Shown: piece after piece, positions 42,706-58,257 of the stretch
Numbering within the stretch: the first letter of the stretch is position 1
How the letters are laid out: each line of letters starts with the position of its first letter
From: the human T2T-CHM13v2.0 reference genome, Homo sapiens
Assembly (NCBI RefSeq): GCF_009914755.1
Contig: NC_060929.1
Length of the DNA stretch: 64,000 bases
Reading direction: 5' to 3' (one strand)
Translations under genes and position numbers: made by a program
Notes under the pieces: model-generated
Told to the model about the DNA's origin: nothing
The model's database searches: none
Seen by the model: the letters and a program-made list of their open reading frames with translations, nothing else

Positions 42706-45700
42706 TAAGCCTTAGTTTCCACGCCTGAAAAGTGCTGGGACTGAGGAGCTACCTCACAGAGTTCTTAGTGTTAAGTGAGGTAATGAATGCGAAGTCTCCA
42801 GCGCTTAAGAAGCAGGTCCTCGGTTACCAAGAGCCCCCTTTCCTCCTCTTGCCATCAGCAAAGAGACTTGAATCGGCCTTTTCTCTAAGCCCCGTTAGAA
42901 CTGAAAGCCTGGCTCCTGACTGCCCATAGCACTGTGGCCCACACTCCTCACAAGCCCAAGCCAAGGATGCCCCACTCCTTTCATATCAGCCACCTCATTT
43001 TATCCCTGATTTCATCCTCCTCCTGAATGGGATGGCACCTTTCCTCCCAGTTCAAAACCCTGCCCCTCCTTCTCAGGCCCATCTCACAGCCATCATTTCC
43101 TCATCCTCCACAAACCGCTGGTCCTTTTATTCAACACACATTTTATCAAATGCCTTTCTCTGCAAGGAACTTGGTGGTGTTTCTCTCTCTTCTCAGTCTC
43201 CAAAGCCCTTTGTCAGCAACTTCTCCTATTGCACCCAATTGATTCTGTTTTATTTCTCAGTCACGGGTGTCCTTGGATCTCTTCTCCACTAGATGGTAAA
43301 CTTCATTGAAATCTCATTTTTACAGAGCTCTACCTGTTGTAGTGTTTCCCACAGCATCCAGGCCCTTCCCTGGCTCCATGGTGTGTTTCATCTTCATCTC
43401 TGTGCCTTTGAGTTGTCTGCCAGATCACAGAGCAAGCACTCAATAGATATTTGGTGACCTAAAGAAAGGAATAAAGAGGTAGCAGCAAATGCAGAGAAGT
43501 GGCATCTTCCCTATTTCTGACTTGAAAGGTGTCTTTTTATCCCTGTTTAGGTTGTATGCTAGTAGACATGGAAATGTTCAGAATTTATGTATTCCCTTGA
43601 ACTCAAGGAGCACTTTGTGCTGTTTTTCTCTTGGGTCTCATATAGTCAGAGGAACTGAAGTCTCCGGAAGGGTCTTGGTCACCCTGAGAAGCACCCACTT
43701 ATGCAAACCTTGCACTTGCACAGTTCCTTTCCCCTGGGGTCAGCCTCCATCCCATGCTGACTTCCAAGCTCAGATCTACTCTGCAGACTCTGCAGGGCCT
43801 AGGCCTCACATCTAGTTGCCTTTTAGACATCTTCTCTTCCGTGTCCACACACATCAGAAATTTACCTTGCCTGAATCTGACCTTGGCTTCCTCCTGCCTG
43901 CAGCCTTGCTGTTCTCTGACTCCATAAACGGTACCAACGTCATACAGGTGCCCTGGGCAGGGGTCCTTTTACTCCCGCCCTCAGGTCCAGTCATCAGGTC
44001 TCTGGCCTCTGCTCACTTCCTTCTATCTCCTTTGCCGCTACTCCTGGCCCTGCTTTCTCCTGCTTGGACTCTTCCAACACCCCCTTTGCTCTCCCCAATC
44101 CTTTCTCCCTTGCAACCAGAAGGTGAAACTGCAGCTTGGCCATTTCCCTGATGAAAACCATCAGGATAATGTCTAGAAATCTAAGAGAGGCTTAGAAGAT
44201 TCTTCCCAAACCACTCCTGCCCACCCCTCCTTCCTGTCTCACATCACTTTCCTCTAGCACTGAAAGCTTCAGTCTACCTTGGCTCTCAGCCCTGCCCTAC
44301 TGTGGCCTCTTGCTTTGGGGCCTTTGCAGGTACTGTTCCCCCTTAGCTGTCCAACACTCACCCCTGGTTCAACTTAGCGTCCTTCTTCAGAAAGTCTTCC
44401 CTATCATCCTCCCCAAAAGTCTGAATTGGTTGCTCCTCTTTGCATCCCCATAGACCCCAGGCATACCCCAATTGTAGCACTTACTAGAATTGCCCATTCT
44501 AGTTTTGACTTATTTTGTCATCATCTTGGTAAGGGTTGTGCATCTGGTCTCCCTCACCTACTCCAGCACCTTGCAGAAAGCCTTGTGCCTATTATTTGCT
44601 ATATAAATGAAAGAATGACAATCTCTGGCTCAGGCTCTATTCAAGTCAGAATGAAAGTCTTCAGAATTTGGTACAACCTTGTTGGGTATCTAGATCCTAT
44701 TATACACATGTTCTCTGTATTCTTGCTGGCCTCTCATATCATGCCAATGAGAAAAATATAGAGAACGTGCAGGTCCTGCACATGGGTTGTCCCTCAAGAA
44801 GATTCTCAATCAATGTTTACATGAGATGTGGGTCACTGCCCTGGTCCTCCATCAGCAGCTCAGATTTCAGGACCCTGGGCTAGATAAGACAGCCCAATGT
44901 GCAGATGGCTTAGTGGAAGCCCTGAATGAATAAAAGCTCTGGTAAGTTTTTAAAAAGCAAAGGCACTGTGGGCTGGAGGGGCTTGGAAGACTCCTAGAAG
45001 GTAAAACTTAAATGGGGCTTTATGGGATGGATAAGACTGGGTAGAAAACTTTGGGTGGGGGTAAGAGGGTCAGGGAAGAAGGAATTTTTGGGTACAAACT
45101 GACGTGAGTGGTCTAATTATAGACTTGGAATAACATCAACAGATTTATAAAAATTAGTCCATCTGCAAAGAAATTATTTAAACCAATTCAGGATTGAGGC
45201 TACCTCTGGAAGTTGGGAATAAAGGTATCAGTAATTTCCTATTTCTTTGTACAGAAGAAGGTAGCTCAGACTCTTGTTCTTCTTCAAACTGCATATATAC
45301 CACAGTTTCAAGAATGTTAGTTGCTATAACCAAAAACCCAATAAGTCAACAAATGATATGATCCTGTCAGATGTGAGTGAGGCTGAAGTTTCTTAGGTGT
45401 TAAGATTTTAAGTGATTTTCTGTTTCTATTCTTGGTAACTTTGCAATTTAATGACATGTATATATAATGAAGGGGGAAAGTCAGGCTTCCCAAGGCTTTG
45501 GCTGCATTGGCTGCCATGGAAAAACAACGGGTGTCGAAGTGGAGTGGCTCCTGGATCGAAATGTCAGCCTTACTGCTTATTTAAGCATCTGTGTGCGGAC
45601 CTAGTTAGGAAAGTTCACCTTACTACCAGCCTTGATGTCCTTGTCCACAGGATGGGGACAGTGAGCCCTATCTCACAGGGCTGTCCAGAAGCATAAAGCA

Positions 45701-46455
45701 GGCGACTGACAGAAAGCAAATAGCTCATTCGTTAGTGCTCAGTAATGTTCATTGCCTCTCCTTCTCTGAAGAGAAAAGTGGTTGTATTTTACAGACTCTT
45801 GGTTCTAGAGACTTGGAGACCATTTAATCCAGCCTCTTCATTTTGTTCAAGTTGCTAATTGCACATTATAACTTAATTCCATTAAGTTCTTAATTGCACA
45901 TTATAACAAATCAAATACTACAGATGAGCTTTTGATGAAAAACATCCTACTTGGCTCCACTGCACCTCTGCCCACCTGCATTCCCAATTCCCAGGGCAGC
46001 CTATCCTGTTTCCAGTTCTTCCAGTTACCTCCATAACACTCATGAGGGTAACCTATTTCTTAATTAGCAACTTTAGACAATACTTACTGACTCCCTACTT
46101 GGAAAGATGAGATTTTATCTCATTTATCTCTCTCCCTCTCTTCCTTTCAAAATTTGATTATATTACTGCTTCTGTTGTTTTCTCTTGTCATATCTATATG
46201 ATTATAGATAATATACTTACATCTCTACTGCTGCTTTTGGTAACAGGATTTAGTATCTTGACTCCTTTCCATGAAAGGACAAAAGACTGAGGAAATTACC
46301 CCATAAATTAAACTTAAATGAAAGGAGCCAATTCCTTAAGAGACACAAACCGCCAAAACTCACTTAAAAATTGATAAGCTGAATAGTGCTGTATCTATTA
46401 AAGAAATATCATTCCTACTTATAAAAAAAAACTTCCAACAAAAAAAAACTCCCAA

Positions 46456-46648
46456 CTCTGTCTCTACAAAAAAATTAGCCAGCTTGGTGGCACTTACCTG
46501 TAGTCCCAGCTATTCAGGAGGCTGAGATGGGAGGATCACCTAAACCCAGAAGGTCAAGACTAGTGAGCCATGATTACACTACTGCATTCCAGCCCAGGCA
46601 AGGGAGCAAGACCCTGTCTCAAAAAAAAAAAAAAAAAAAAAAAAAAAA
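46456..46648 (+). mobile_element. Partial AluJ within an L1 ORF2 remnant (~46300-47740)
   Basis: Right arm plus long A tail; flanks read as L1 ORF2 (ccagacgcagatggtttcac..., ttaccctaataccaaaacc). Confidence 0.8.
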
Positions 46649-46732
46649 CCCACACCAGACGCAGATGGTTTCACTTGTGAATTCCATCAAATATTTAAGG
46701 AGGAAATAGTACCAATTCTACATGGTCTCCTC

Positions 46733-47479
46733 TGTAACCGCCCAGCAGGTTCGCCTTGCCCACTGCCCAGACAGAGCCTATTTATCCAGACAGGGGAATT
46801 GCAAGGGACAAAGAGTAATGCATGCAAAGCTGGCCATGCAGGAGACTGGAGTTTCATTATTACTCAAATCAGTCTCCTTGAGCATTCGGGAATCAGATAA
46901 TTTAAATAATTTAATTATTTAAAGATAATTTGACAGGTAAGAGCTTAGGAAGCGTGGAGTGCTGATTGATCAGGTTGGAGATGGAATCATGGAGGGTCGA
47001 AGTGAGTTTCTCTTGCTGTTTTCTGTTCCTGGGTGAGATGGCAGAACTCCTTGAGCCAGATACCAGTCTGGATGGTGTCAGCTGATCCACTGGAGTGCAG
47101 GGTCTGCAAAATATCTCAAGCACTGATCTTGGGTTTTACAATAATGATGTTATCACCAGGGGCAATTGGGGAGGTTCAGACTCTTGGAGCCAGAGGCTCC
47201 GTGACCCCTAAACTGTAATTTCTAATCTTGTAGCTAATTTGTTAGTCCTGCAAAGGCAGACTGGTCCTCAGGCAAGAAAGGGGTCTTTTCAGGAAAGGGC
47301 TATGATCAATTTTGTTTCAGAGACAAACCATGAACTGAATTCATTCCCCAAGTTAGTCCGGCCTCTGCCCAGGAGTGAACAAGAACAGCTTCCAGGTTAG
47401 AAGCAAAATGAGGTTCATTAGGTCTGATTTCTTTCACTGTCATAATGTCCCCTGTTATAATTTTGGAAAGGTGGTTTTG
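46733..47479 (-). mobile_element. LTR8-family (ERV1) solo LTR inserted in the L1 remnant
   Basis: Minus strand begins aaaccacctttccaaaattataacaggggacattatgacagtgaaagaaatcagacctaa and ends ...gggcggttaca. Confidence 0.8.
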
Positions 47480-47886
47480 TCTCCAAAAAATACAAACAAG
47501 GGGAACTCTCCCCATCTTTTGAGGTCAACATTACCCTAATACCAAAACCTAAGGCATTTGAAAATAAAACTACAAATCAGTATCCTTCATGAATACAGAG
47601 CAAAAATCCTCAACAAAATGTTAGCAAATAAAATCGAGCAATACATCAAAAGTATAATATAATCAAGTGGGTTTATTTCAGGTATGCAAGGCTGACTCAT
47701 CATTCAAAAATCATCCAATGTAATTCACCATGTGAATATGAAAGATTAGCCTGAATGATCAGTAAGCAAAGTTTTCAGGTTATATGATGAATCAAAGGAT
47801 CTAAGCTTAGACATAGCAATGAAGGCCAGGTTATGGGATTTACTAGAAAGGAAAGAAACAAACACCTCACTTAAGAAAGGAGGAAA

Positions 47887-48506
47887 GGGCCGTGCGCAGT
47901 GGCTCACACCTGTAATCCCAGCACTTGGGTAGGCCAAGGCAGGCAGATCACCTGAGGTCAGGAGTTTGAGACCAGCCTGGCCAACATGGCAAAACCCCAT
48001 CTCTACTAAAAATACAAAAATTAGCCAGGTTCAAACATAGAAAATGATAAACAGAGTGAAATAATACGGACCTATATATCCGACCACCAGCTTAAGAAAG
48101 AAAACATTGTAAATAGAATAAAAATTGTGTTTTTCCACCACATACTACCTTGCCTTCCCTTTCCACTGAGACATAACCACTACTCTGGATTTGGTAGTTC
48201 TTACTCCCACGAATTTCTTTATTACTTTACTTTGTACATATGTATCACTGAACAATACATATCATTATTGTACATGTTTTTAGATGTAAATAAATGCTAT
48301 CATATTGTAGGTATGATAAAAAAAAAAAAAAATTAGCCAGGCATGATGGCGAGCGCCTGTAGTCTCAGCTACTCAGGAGGCTGAGGCAGGAGTAATTGCT
48401 TGAATACAAGAGGCAGAGGCTGCAGTGAGCCGAGATCATACCACTGCACTCCAGCCTGGGCAACAGAATGAGACTCCGTTTCACAAAAAAAAAAAAAAAA
48501 AAAAAA
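47887..48506 (+). mobile_element. AluS split at its central A-rich linker by a polyadenylated insertion
   Basis: Left arm 47887-48029, right arm 48330-48506. Confidence 0.9.
48030..48327 (+). pseudogene. Orphan retroposed 3' end (truncated retrocopy or L1 3' transduction)
   Basis: AATAAA 48289-48294, poly(A) from 48318, 14-bp TSD aaaaattagccagg at 48016-48029 and 48328-48341. Confidence 0.75.
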
Positions 48507-49128
48507 GGGTGAGGGGGAAGTTTCCCCTCTGGATAAGAAACTGAGAATGACAGTCAGATCAGGCTCCTGTGAGGGGACTGCAGAGTGTTCTTCCTCTGGT
48601 AGCCTCATTTCTAGGACTGATCTGCAGTTAAACAGGAGTTGGGGCTCCCCTCTTGAACAGCTGGCCTTTCAGAGTCCTGGATTGGCAGTGTTCCATCCAT
48701 GCCCGGGGTAGAAGAAGGCAAGGACACCTGCAATCTTGATTTTCTCAGATGCTTAGAATCCCAAAGTGTCAGAGTTTGAAATGGAGCCTGGATCCTACCT
48801 AATCCAAATGCCCATAGTTGAAGAGAAAGCAAACCCCGGCAGAGGATGGCTTCTCCAGACTCCTTCCCTCCCCTTTGTTCTGAAATCCAGGGATTGTGAG
48901 CATGTCCCAGGACAGTAAGCCCATGAGACCCTATCTCCCGTCTTGCCCTAACCAAGCTTCCCCTCCAACCACTGTATGTTTGCTTTTAAGTTTATCTTTA
49001 CACATAACAAATAACCATTGAAACCAATCTGGCCTGGGTTCTCGTCCCTCTTTTCTTGCTAGTTGATGTCTGGTGTGGAGAAAACCAATCAGACATAGGC
49101 CTTTACACAGAGTCCTAGATTTGTAGAC

Positions 49129-49258
49129 TGGAAGACTGACCTAGCCACCTGCCTTGAGCCTACAGACCTCACAACCAAAAAGACACAGACTGAGGCCCAT
49201 CATATGTTTGATTCTGTGTAATCCATCCTAATTCAACAAATTCCTGATAAGATTATAG
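49129..49258 (+). repeat. Local direct repeat C, copy 1 (copy 2 at 49764-49892)
   Basis: gacctagccacctgc(c/a)ttgagcct...tttgattctgt...ttcaacaaattcct(g/t)ataagattatag shared. Confidence 0.88.
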
Positions 49259-49511
49259 TAAAAATGTATTGAGCTCTCATTATGTACCTGTGACTATTCC
49301 ACAAGGTTATGCATTTTCTCGTTTGATCCTCACAACCCATTAAAATAGGTACTGTTCTCATCCTTATTTTGCAGATAGATAAAAAGACTCAGAGAAGCTA
49401 AGTAACTTGCCCAAGGTCACAGTGAGTAGAAGAGCCAGGATTTGAACCCAGGTCTAGCTAACTCCAGTGCTCAGGTTTTTAGGAATGAAAAATCTTCCTG
49501 GTTTAAAATGA

Positions 49512-49721
<210 letters not shown>

Positions 49722-50047
49722 TAAAGCTTTGGACACCTATTGAATAGCCACAGAATCACAAATTGGAAGATGGACCTAGCCACCTGCATTGAGCCTGCTG
49801 ACCTCATGACCAACCAGACAGACTCTGAGGCCTATTATCTTTGATTCTGTCATTCATTCAAATTCTTCAACAAATTCCTTATAAGATTATAGAAATGACA
49901 CTCCAGGCCCTGTCCCTTGTTCCTTCTAACATATCTCTAGTATAGTGATATCTAGACTTGGAATTTAAATATATATATTAATATATTAAACCACTATACT
50001 AGAGATATTCTAGAAGGCAGACGATTCCATTCTTGGACAAATCATAG

Positions 50048-50407
<360 letters not shown>

Positions 50408-51615
50408 TGAGGCTCAGAGAAGGGAAGACAATGTCCAATACCCAAAAACTGGTTAATATTAATAGCAACAGCAGGTCTGGAATGAGATTTGCTGACTCTC
50501 AGGCCTGAGTGTTTCTTCTGTAGCCTGTATCATGTATCCTGCCAACAAGTCGTCTGCTTATTTAAACAAGTATCTACTGTGTCCCTGGTAGATATCAAGA
50601 ATCTGTTACTTTGCCTCTGAAAATTAAAACTCCACATACTCTGTGAGCCAGCAGTTCACTTCTGGATACTTTTGCTAAAGAAACACTTAACGGAACACTA
50701 GATGCTTATGTAACATTGTTTGTTAAAGCAAAAACTAGAAACAACCCAAACATCTAATAGTAAAGCATTGATTAAATAAAATGCCAGGTTATTGCATATC
50801 ACGTATGTACTTAATACATAATGAAAAGGCAAAATTAGATCTTGTTGCATCAGTGTGGATAGATCATAGGCACAGTCAATTGGATGAAGCAAGCTGCACT
50901 ACAGTTCATGCAGGATGATGGCTTTTTTTAAATGCACACAACAAAACCATATAAAACTCTTCTGAAAATGTCTGGAATGATGTCTACCTAGTTTATCATG
51001 GTGGCAACCTCTGAAGAGAGATGAGATAGAATAGAGTGGGAGAGAAAGAAGACTTCAGCCTTTTCTGTAGTGTTCTAACAAGGGTGAATGAGCTTATATG
51101 TTATTCTGTAATTGTTAAAAACCAGTACGAGTCACGATGAACATCAAGATGAGTAAGACAGGACCCCTGCCTTCAGAGAATTCAGATTATGCAGGGAGCA
51201 GGAAGGAAGAGAAATAGGGGGAGAGCGGAGAAACAAAAGGCATGTGCTATCTCCTTTCAAGTTGATTTCAGCAAGCTTCACATTTTGGGGGCAGGCAGGG
51301 GAAGAATTCTAGAAGAGAAACAGGGTATTCTAGTGAGACAAGCCAATGCTGACTGTTTAAGAGATTTAGGATTGAAATCTGCTTTTGAACTCGCATTCCG
51401 GCGGTCCTCTTTGGTGTTCTCACCAAGGGCAAAAGGACTCAAATCCTCAGCGGAGGACAGAAGGTGGCCTCTCTTCTGGCAAAACATGGTAAGTATTTTT
51501 GGAGCACGATGCAAAGCCTCATCTGCACAGACGTCATGCTGAGGAAGCCACCCCAGCCCGGCCCCCGCATGCCACCAACCTCCTTCTGAAAATGGTGATT
51601 AAAAGCTAATCATGG

Positions 51616-52014
<399 letters not shown>

Positions 52015-53121
52015 CTAAACAGAGGAGATCCTCTCCAGTGATTTCCTTTTAGGGAGAAAACCCAGTGAGTGACATGTGAATGTGTCTGCTCCACTGCTGC
52101 TGTCATCCTGCAGGCATCCCGCCTCTCACTCCGAAGTCTGGCATGTGTTTCCACTTAGAGGACTGTGAATTCCTTCCCTGTTCTGGTGAACACCATTTCC
52201 TTGGGACTGATAGAAATCTCAGTCTGTCAAATGCCTAGTGTTTAACAAATAAAAGCCTAGACATTCTGTGAGACAGGAAATGCTAGTTTTATAAGTCTCC
52301 CATTCCTCAAGAAATAGTCCAAAACTTAGTCATTCCATGAACCAAAGAAAAGTTAACAAAATATTAACTTCTGAGAAGGTTTGGGCACAGGGTACTCGTA
52401 AGATATCTAGGAGGTGACAGAGGAAGTCTGCAACATATTTAAAGCCGGGAAGCTTGAGCAGTATTGCATTCTTTGCATTTGTTTGAGACAAATTGAAGTG
52501 ACCTGGTTTGTTGCCCCACACTATCACCAAGAAGAAAAACTTGGGGCTGGGGGAGGTTAAAAGACAGGGATCCTTGTCCCTTCTCCACCCCTGAATTATC
52601 TAGTGCAAGCCATTTTTCTCAATCTTTATTTTACCATCTATGTAATGGGATCATAGCTGCTTTACCTGCCTTTCTTGTTATCACGAGCAAATAATAGAAG
52701 CATAAGAATTCAAAAAACATTGAGGTTTTTGAGAAGGAATATTGTTACATATTCCTTCTCAAAGTTATAGAGAAGGAATATTGATGATTCCGGCACAGCT
52801 TCACAAATGTTTTCTCTATCCCCTTGTTAAACTCACATAAGAAGGGCAGAAAGAGAAATACTCCCCACCGAGGGGAATAGAAAAGAAATGGATAAAAGCT
52901 ATGTTAAACACTCCCCTCCCTACATAACACCAAACTGCAAATTGAGGGTATTTGCAGGAAGCGAGCTATAAAGCACATTTTCAAAGCAAAGAGAAAATGA
53001 TAGACATACCAAAAGACAAGATGTGAAAGAAAACTCACAACATAAAAAAATACAATGTTAACACACACGGAAAAGTATCTGGCCTTACCAGTAATCAGTG
53101 AAATGCACATTCAAAGAATGA

Positions 53122-53412
<291 letters not shown>

Positions 53413-53573
53413 TGAGGGTACAAGGAACAGGCTTCACACAGGTAGATGCACACGGATCAACTTTCCTTGAGAATAGTTTGCCACTGTATAGCAGATGCCT
53501 TTTACAATATTTATACTCATTGACCCTTCAGTTACTAAGTATTCATCCTAACAAAATGCTCAGCGGTAGCTCA

Positions 53574-53927
<354 letters not shown>

Positions 53928-56120
53928 TCATAATTGTGAGTTTGTAAACAATTTAAGATAACCAAGTATATACGACTAAATGAATTATATCAATGACCAT
54001 TAAATGTAGTCATTCCTTCACAATATTGAAAGAAATAAGTTGAAGTTACTGATATATTAAGAAAAAAGCAACATAGTAATATGACTCAAATTGTTAAATA
54101 TACATGTATACATTCACATACCTAAACAAATCATACATATTTTAAGAATGCTCATCTCTGGGTAATGAGGTTTATGAAATATTTTTATTTTCTTAGAACT
54201 TTTTTTTTCTTTTTTCCTAACCACTAGGCCACCAGGAAAGGACAAACACTTTTCAAAGGAAAGGGAGAAAGCTCCTGTGTCATTCAAGGCCCTTTTCATT
54301 GGCTGTAGTGGGTGGGGGGCACCAGAGTTCAAAGTCTGTCTGCAGATTGATAACCTCAGTTGCCAGTTTTTCTATTCCCCCTTCCAGGACTGTCTGACCC
54401 TGAGGACTGATTCAAATTAACCAAATGCACAGTAGATTAATTAGTAAACCAGAACTTTGCATTAATTTGCAAAATATTCATGGCTTGAGAACAAATTGGG
54501 GTCTTTTATTTACTGAGCGTCTCCCCTGTACCAGACATTCTCTTTCTGAAATGGGGAGCCCTTTCTGGGGCCAAATAGAACAGAGTAAGAACAAATAAAG
54601 AGAATACAAACAGACTCAAACACAGGCTCAGGATTTTTTTTTTTTTTTTAACACAAGAGATATTTTTAGCTAACTATGGCAATCTGAGCAGTTCCCTCTC
54701 TGCTCCCAAGCTGTTCCTGCCAATGAAATCAGGATGAGTCACCGGGAATCAGGGTTCCCTCTCCTTCGTGTTTAAAACACACATTGGCAAGCTACTTCTC
54801 CAATTCATCTTTTTCCTAGATTTCTTTCAGTTGGTAGTTGTCATGACAACTACACTCATGGTCCACATTTATAAGAGACTCCTGCATTGGTGTCTCCTGA
54901 TTTCCTTCCCTTCATGGATTCACTTAAAAGTCACCCTCTCTTCCTGGGGGCCTCCAGGGAGTGAGCTTCCGGGGTAGGTCAGGCAGGTGCCTCCCAGCCA
55001 CCCTGTAAAATGGCTCCTTGGTGAAACCTCCCACTGGGGAGCTGATCCCATAAGTCCCCTTCTGTGGATCTCTCAGTGTGAGAAGCCTGCCTTTTTTAGC
55101 TTTGTTCACAGATTTGGAGACCTTACTTTAACCTCAGATTTTAACATTTACCTTACTTTGCAGATAGCTTTCAGGACCTCTACCCCTACATGTTTTGACT
55201 CATAACATGTGTAGTAATGTGTTTTGACATCTAGTCTGTCTAGCCAGCTGCTTATTAGATATGCAGTAGCCAGAACCCAGATGAAAAGCCAGTTTACATT
55301 ATTAATAGAGGTCATTTGTAACTGTCAAAGAAGCACTTCTAGAGGAAATAATTATCTGAAATCATGGGCAAGTTTTAAAAGTAACATATGCTCATTGTAG
55401 CACATTCAACTGTACAGAAGTATTTAAAGTCAAGAGTGACAATCCCACTCACTACTCCAAGCCCATCTGTTCCCACAACTGATGTTAGTCCTTCTAAAAT
55501 ATGCTTTACACACACACATCACACATACTTTCATCTGTGTGATTGTACATTGTCAATGTTTTTAAGTAGAATTGTAGTATACATTCATTTCTGCAATTTG
55601 TTCTATTTACTTTACAACTTAACCAATAGATCTAGACTACTGGGTCAAGTGTGAGCTTTAACACTCACTGGCTGCCTCTCTGAACCTTAGTTTCTTCGTC
55701 TGTAAAATGGGGACAGTAATGGCATCTACCTCATGGGATGGAATGGACTCAATACCTATCAAGTGCTTAGAACAGGGCCTGCTTTATTACCCACACTCAG
55801 AAAGCATAAGCTAGTAGTAATTATAGTAGAAGCAGTAGTACTACTAGTAGTATCATGTCAGTCTTTTCAATGGCTATCCAGAATTCATTATGTGGGTAAA
55901 TCATAATTTTAAAAATTAATCCGCTACTGATGGTGCCTGGATTTTACTTAACACCAGTAAGACTTACCATGAAACTTCCCTGCTGTTGCATTCAGGATCA
56001 TCAATTTTGTGCCCTGCTCTGAACAAGACCAGTTCTGGTGAACCAATTTCAGGTGCAGCCAGCTCCAGAGTTCGGGAATCTGTGGTGGGAGGTGGCAGAT
56101 GGGCTCTAAGATGTGGATAG

Positions 56121-56387
<267 letters not shown>

Positions 56388-57390
56388 TGAGTACCCCCCA
56401 GAGAAGGCAGGGTTACCCCCAACCTGCCTGTGCTCCTGCAAGTCATGGGGCTGCCAGAGTTCAGCCAGAAACATGGGCAGGGGGTGGGGGTGGTTGGCCA
56501 ACAACTACTTTGTTGAGTGTGTTGAGCTGACTGCATTGGCAAGAAAGAGCCCAGTAAGGGTTTGATAGTAAGACCCTCACTGCCTGCCTCACCCCCACTA
56601 CACTGTACTACTGGAAAATGAGGAGCCTTTAGGAGTCCTTAGAGCAGACAGCAGAGCTAGTTCTTCCTGCCCTCACCCAGCTACATGTCTAGGACAGAGT
56701 GGAAAGGCAGACAAGGCCTCCCCTCCAGCAGCCAAGAGCTCTAGGAAAAAGGCGTGGTGGGGAGAGGAGGCTTCCTGGAGAAAGTGGTGTTGATGAAGCT
56801 GTTTCAGAGCAGCGCTAGCCTGTAGGCTTCCAGTACAGTGATGGGGAACTGGGGACACCTGCCCGGGTTGGGGCTGCTGCTTGAGGACAAAAGAGACAGC
56901 CAAAGGATGACTCTACTGCCATCCAAATTGCCTAGGTCTCTTGAGAGTTGGGGACCAGGCCTCTTGAGAGTTGGAGCTTTGTCAGAACCAAAAGGACTCA
57001 GCCTCAACCCCAGCAGCATCTGCCCACCATGGCCTGTCCCTTCCCTTTCAGCCTGCTTCTGGCCAGTTGGCCTCCTGGTTTGAAATGGCCCCTCACCTGC
57101 TAGGTGTTCTTTTAGCTCCTTTAGAGAGTCAAGACAGATTCTCCTTTGACCTGCACGGAGTAATCAGCCACATACATCTCAACAGCTGGGTGGGTTTTTC
57201 CTTGCAAATTCAGAGCTTCTTTAGAGCTGATTTTTTTTTTTTTTACATTAGTGATGCAAATGTAATTTGTGGCCGGAAGGACTTATGACATAACTACCAT
57301 CCCTGCAACTAATGAACCCACCCTCACAGCTTCCTTTGTACCCATTTTATAGGTTAAGAGACTTGGCCCAAAGACAGGCCTGCTTAGTAG

Positions 57391-57669
<279 letters not shown>

Positions 57670-58257
57670 TGACAACCAGGCTTTTACCAGAAAAGCAAAC
57701 AAGGAGGAGCTGCTTGTGAAGGCCAGCTCCCCACACGGCAAGTACAAAGATACTATAGGCTGGGGACCTGCTTAGAGGAAGTCGTGAGGTCGTGAGTCAC
57801 CCACTCATCACCTACTGCCATGAATCAGTTCACCCCGAAGGGCAGGGCTGGGCTCCAGACCGGGAGCACATCTTCCCTGTCCCAATCAGACTCTGCTGAT
57901 GCCAGTTTCTCACCTGTACAAATATTCACCAAATACCAGAGTTGTACGGGGCACCTGGATGGGATAGGTACTGGCGTGGGGTGAGCCAGGCTGCTATGGG
58001 AAGGGAGAGAAGGACCCTTAAACCAGGCTGAGGGCAGAGAAAGCTTCCCAGGAGAGGGAGGCTGTGTCTGGGCTGACTCCAGAATGGCCCGCAGCAAAGA
58101 ACCAAGCAGCAAAGGTGGTATGGGGCGGGTAGGATGCTCCAGACAGCAACAGTGACAGCAGAGGCACTGAGGCAGGAAGGCGGATCGAAGGGTGGGTCTC
58201 AGGGACCCAGTGAGAGGAGAGAGAGGTAAGAGCCACCTCACAAAGGGCTTTTTTAAA

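Noticed and set aside
39556-45439. Shared 15-mer tctattcttggtaac at ~39557 and ~45425
   Set aside because: An isolated 15-mer match is expected by chance in 64 kb, and it does not extend
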